Virus record (IMG/VR): IMGVR_UViG_3300020029_000010
Location: 1 to 6,031 of that record
Length of the DNA stretch: 6,031 nucleotides
Reading direction: 5' to 3' (one strand)
DNA from: a virus
A program made the translations under genes and the position numbers. The notes beneath the pieces were generated by a model. It did no database searches. It was not told where the DNA came from and saw nothing but the letters and a program-made list of their open reading frames with translations. Positions 4,994-6,031 of the stretch are shown piece after piece; the stretch's first letter is position 1; each line of letters opens with the position of its first letter.

Positions 4994-5290
4994 ATGGCAC
5001 TTGATTGGTTACTTGAAGACGCTCCCGCCTATATTTCTCGTGGTCAGCGTATCCTTTCCGTTCTTAACGGTTCTGGCTCCGTCGACGTTCTTCCTGGTCG
5101 TCCAGATGTGATAGCTGAGCCTTCTGATTTTGAGAAGGGAGAGAAGTTCAACCCCGATATCGATTTCGATCCTAACTCCTTCTCTCGCATGGATAAGTTT
5201 GACGGTCTCGAGGTTGGTCAGGAACTTATTGATTCTCAGCTCGATAAGGCTAAACCTGCTTCGAAGCCCTCTAACCCTGAAGAAAAATAG
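4994..5290 (+). CDS. Acidic hypothetical protein, 98 aa
   Basis: ATG lies 12 nt after the VP1 stop; TAG stop. Asp/Glu/Pro-rich (DFEKGEKFNPDIDFDPNSF, ELIDSQLDK). Same strand and codon style as the core genes. I recognise no family. Confidence 0.6.
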   Translation: MALDWLLEDAPAYISRGQRILSVLNGSGSVDVLPGRPDVIAEPSDFEKGEKFNPDIDFDPNSFSRMDKFDGLEVGQELIDSQLDKAKPASKPSNPEEK

Positions 5291-5320
5291 TATATCCTTT
5301 ACTTGAAGATATATGCTACG

Positions 5321-5398
5321 TGCGCGGACCCCTTCTGAAAGAGTTCGTGAATTTCTGAAGGTTATTGGTAACGATTGCAGGAGAGGCCGCGCATTTTT
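5321..5398 (+). terminator. Candidate structured terminator-like element: outer stem TGCGCGG / CCGCGCA, nested hairpin, then TTTTT
   Basis: 5321-5327 is the exact reverse complement of 5387-5393 and is followed directly by T5 (5394-5398). A nested hairpin CCTTCTGAAA / TTTCTGAAGG (5331-5340 / 5352-5361) has 9 of 10 positions paired. The 59-nt span between the outer arms is long for a classical intrinsic terminator. Confidence 0.3.
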
Positions 5399-5427
5399 CT
5401 ATCGTTCTTTATTTAACTGTTTACACT

Positions 5428-5619
5428 ATGTCAGACGCTAAACAACCTTTTTATAAATCAAAAGCTTTTTGGACGCTCGTTTCATCCATCGTTGCTGCGT
5501 TGGCCGCCTTTTTCCTTTCCTCTTGTTCGGCCCAAGCTAGGATGCAGCGTAGTGGCGTTCATATCGATACAGTTCGCGTCGATTACATCATTCGTTCTAA
5601 CAATTTAACTCATCTGTAG
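5428..5619 (+). CDS. Small putative lipoprotein, 63-aa precursor (signal peptide plus lipobox LSSC; mature peptide about 31 aa)
   Basis: From ATG 5428: MSDAKQPFYKSKAF-WTLVSSIVAALAAFFL-SSC-SAQ... This gives a Lys-rich n-region, a 16-residue hydrophobic core and L-S-S-C, which fits [LVI][ASTVI][GAS]C (Cys codon at 5524-5526). TAG stop 5617-5619 lies 1 nt before the VP2 ATG. The listed ORF start 5365 is a TTG; I prefer the ATG. Confidence 0.55.
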   Translation: MSDAKQPFYKSKAFWTLVSSIVAALAAFFLSSCSAQARMQRSGVHIDTVRVDYIIRSNNLTHL

Positions 5620-5620
5620 T

Positions 5621-6031
5621 ATGGCTATCCCTACCCCCGCATCTTTTGGTCAGGCTCTTGGCCAGTCGGCTGCGTCTACCGGTAGTACCGGTTTAATCTC
5701 TGGAGCCCTTGGACAGCTTTTTGGAGGTATGACTGCCCGCCGTCAGTGGAAATATCAACAAAAACAGATGGCTCTTCAGCAGAAGTACGCTTTAGAGCAA
5801 ATGCAAAAACAATCTGAGTTATCCTACTCTAATTGGCAGAAACAGTTTGATTACGAGAACTCTTACAATGATCCTTCGAAGGTTTTTGACCGCTATCTGA
5901 AGGCCGGCGTGACCCCTGCCGCCGTTTTAGGCTCTTCTGGTGTTGGCGTAAATGCCACTATGTCAGGCGGTTCCTCGCCCATGCCTTCTGCCTCTGGCCC
6001 CTCCGGCGGTGCTCCGATTGCTCCCGGTGGC
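5621..6031 (+). CDS. VP2: VP2-like DNA pilot protein, N-terminal part. It is open to the window end, is absent from the supplied ORF track because it has no stop here, and continues at base 1
   Basis: ATG 5621 is the first start after an in-frame TAA at 5606-5608. Hand translation: MAIPTPASFGQALGQSAASTGSTGLISGALGQLFGGMTARRQWKYQQKQMALQQKYALEQMQKQSELSYSNWQKQFDYENSYNDPSKVFDRYLKAGVTPAAVLGSSGVGVNATMSGG..., with no stop. The R-Y-L-K-A-G-V-T-P-A segment resembles the conserved AG-x-NP-x block of gokushovirus VP2. The frame matches ORF 50-961 across the junction. Confidence 0.8.
   Translation, partial: MAIPTPASFGQALGQSAASTGSTGLISGALGQLFGGMTARRQWKYQQKQMALQQKYALEQMQKQSELSYSNWQKQFDYENSYNDPSKVFDRYLKAGVTPAAVLGSSGVGVNATMSGGSSPMPSASGPSGGAPIAPGG
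5911..6031. repeat. Second copy of the terminal direct repeat (same as 1-121)
   Basis: Same comparison as for 1-121. The reading frame is preserved across the junction because 5910 is divisible by 3. Confidence 0.97.

Larger units (their letters stand above)
1..5910 (+). other. Complete circular genome unit of a Microviridae ssDNA phage (5,910 nt once the terminal redundancy is removed)
   Basis: There is an exact 121-nt terminal repeat. The gene set is a phiX174 F-like capsid, an HUH rolling-circle initiator and a Gly/Ser/Pro-rich pilot protein. All genes are on one strand with gaps of 0-15 nt. The genome size is typical of the family. Confidence 0.88.

Noticed and set aside
3222-5111. Hydrophobic alternative-frame ORFs inside and just beyond VP1 (3222-3443, 3684-3950, 3990-4385, 4560-4853, 4878-5111), plus the minus-strand ORFs 3656-3838 and 4205-4744
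   Set aside because: They show the same compositional effect as the VP4 alternative frame: third-position T residues become second-position T residues in a shifted frame, giving Leu/Ile/Phe/Val-rich pseudo-proteins. Some start at non-ATG codons and none has distinctive motifs. The minus-strand ones are antisense to the capsid gene.
271-5201. Additional TAnnTTTG motifs at 271-278, 1637-1644 and 5194-5201 as promoters
   Set aside because: They lie in the middle of genes, far from any start codon. The total count of five is not clearly above expectation for a T-rich genome, so the motif alone does not support promoter calls.
5009-5309. 11-bp direct repeat TTACTTGAAGA at 5009-5019 and 5299-5309, bracketing ORF 4994-5290
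   Set aside because: By a rough estimate, a few exact 11-mer pairs are expected by chance in a sequence of this length. I note it only because it carries the ACTTGA core discussed in the findings. I do not claim it as a mobile-element boundary.
5365-5427. TTG start at 5365 for the lipoprotein ORF (a 21-residue N-terminal extension)
   Set aside because: The extension would place a second hydrophobic stretch before the canonical n-region and would overlap the stem and T-run element. ATG 5428 yields a textbook signal-peptide layout.

Overview
The window is one complete, circularly permuted genome of a small ssDNA phage of the family Microviridae. It is not phiX174-type; the gene set is VP1/VP2/VP4, as in gokushovirus- or alpavirus-like phages. 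Bases 1-121 recur exactly at 5911-6031, so the real unit is a 5,910-nt circle and the linearisation point falls inside the VP2 gene. All supportable genes lie on the + strand and are tightly packed. In order: VP2 C-terminal part (1-961); two ORFans (1045-1365, 1377-1700); a ~200-nt GC-rich, hairpin-dense non-coding region (1701-1901); a 70-aa basic ORF (1902-2114) whose stop overlaps the start of the VP4 HUH replication initiator (2114-3184); the VP1 major capsid protein (3188-4981); an acidic 98-aa ORF (4994-5290); a second structured intergenic region (5291-5427); a 63-aa ORF with a lipoprotein-type signal peptide (5428-5619); and the VP2 N-terminal part (5621 to window end). I saw no rRNA, tRNA, CRISPR array, transposase or integrase. 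The items most worth follow-up are: (1) the tiny lipoprotein ORF as a candidate lysis or exclusion factor; (2) the structured GC-rich intergenic element, a candidate complementary-strand origin that also carries a dif-like half site; (3) a 16/21 match to the phiX174 origin core inside VP2; (4) the ORFan module between VP2 and VP4. All functional calls rest on reading the translations and on remembered family motifs. No database search was run.
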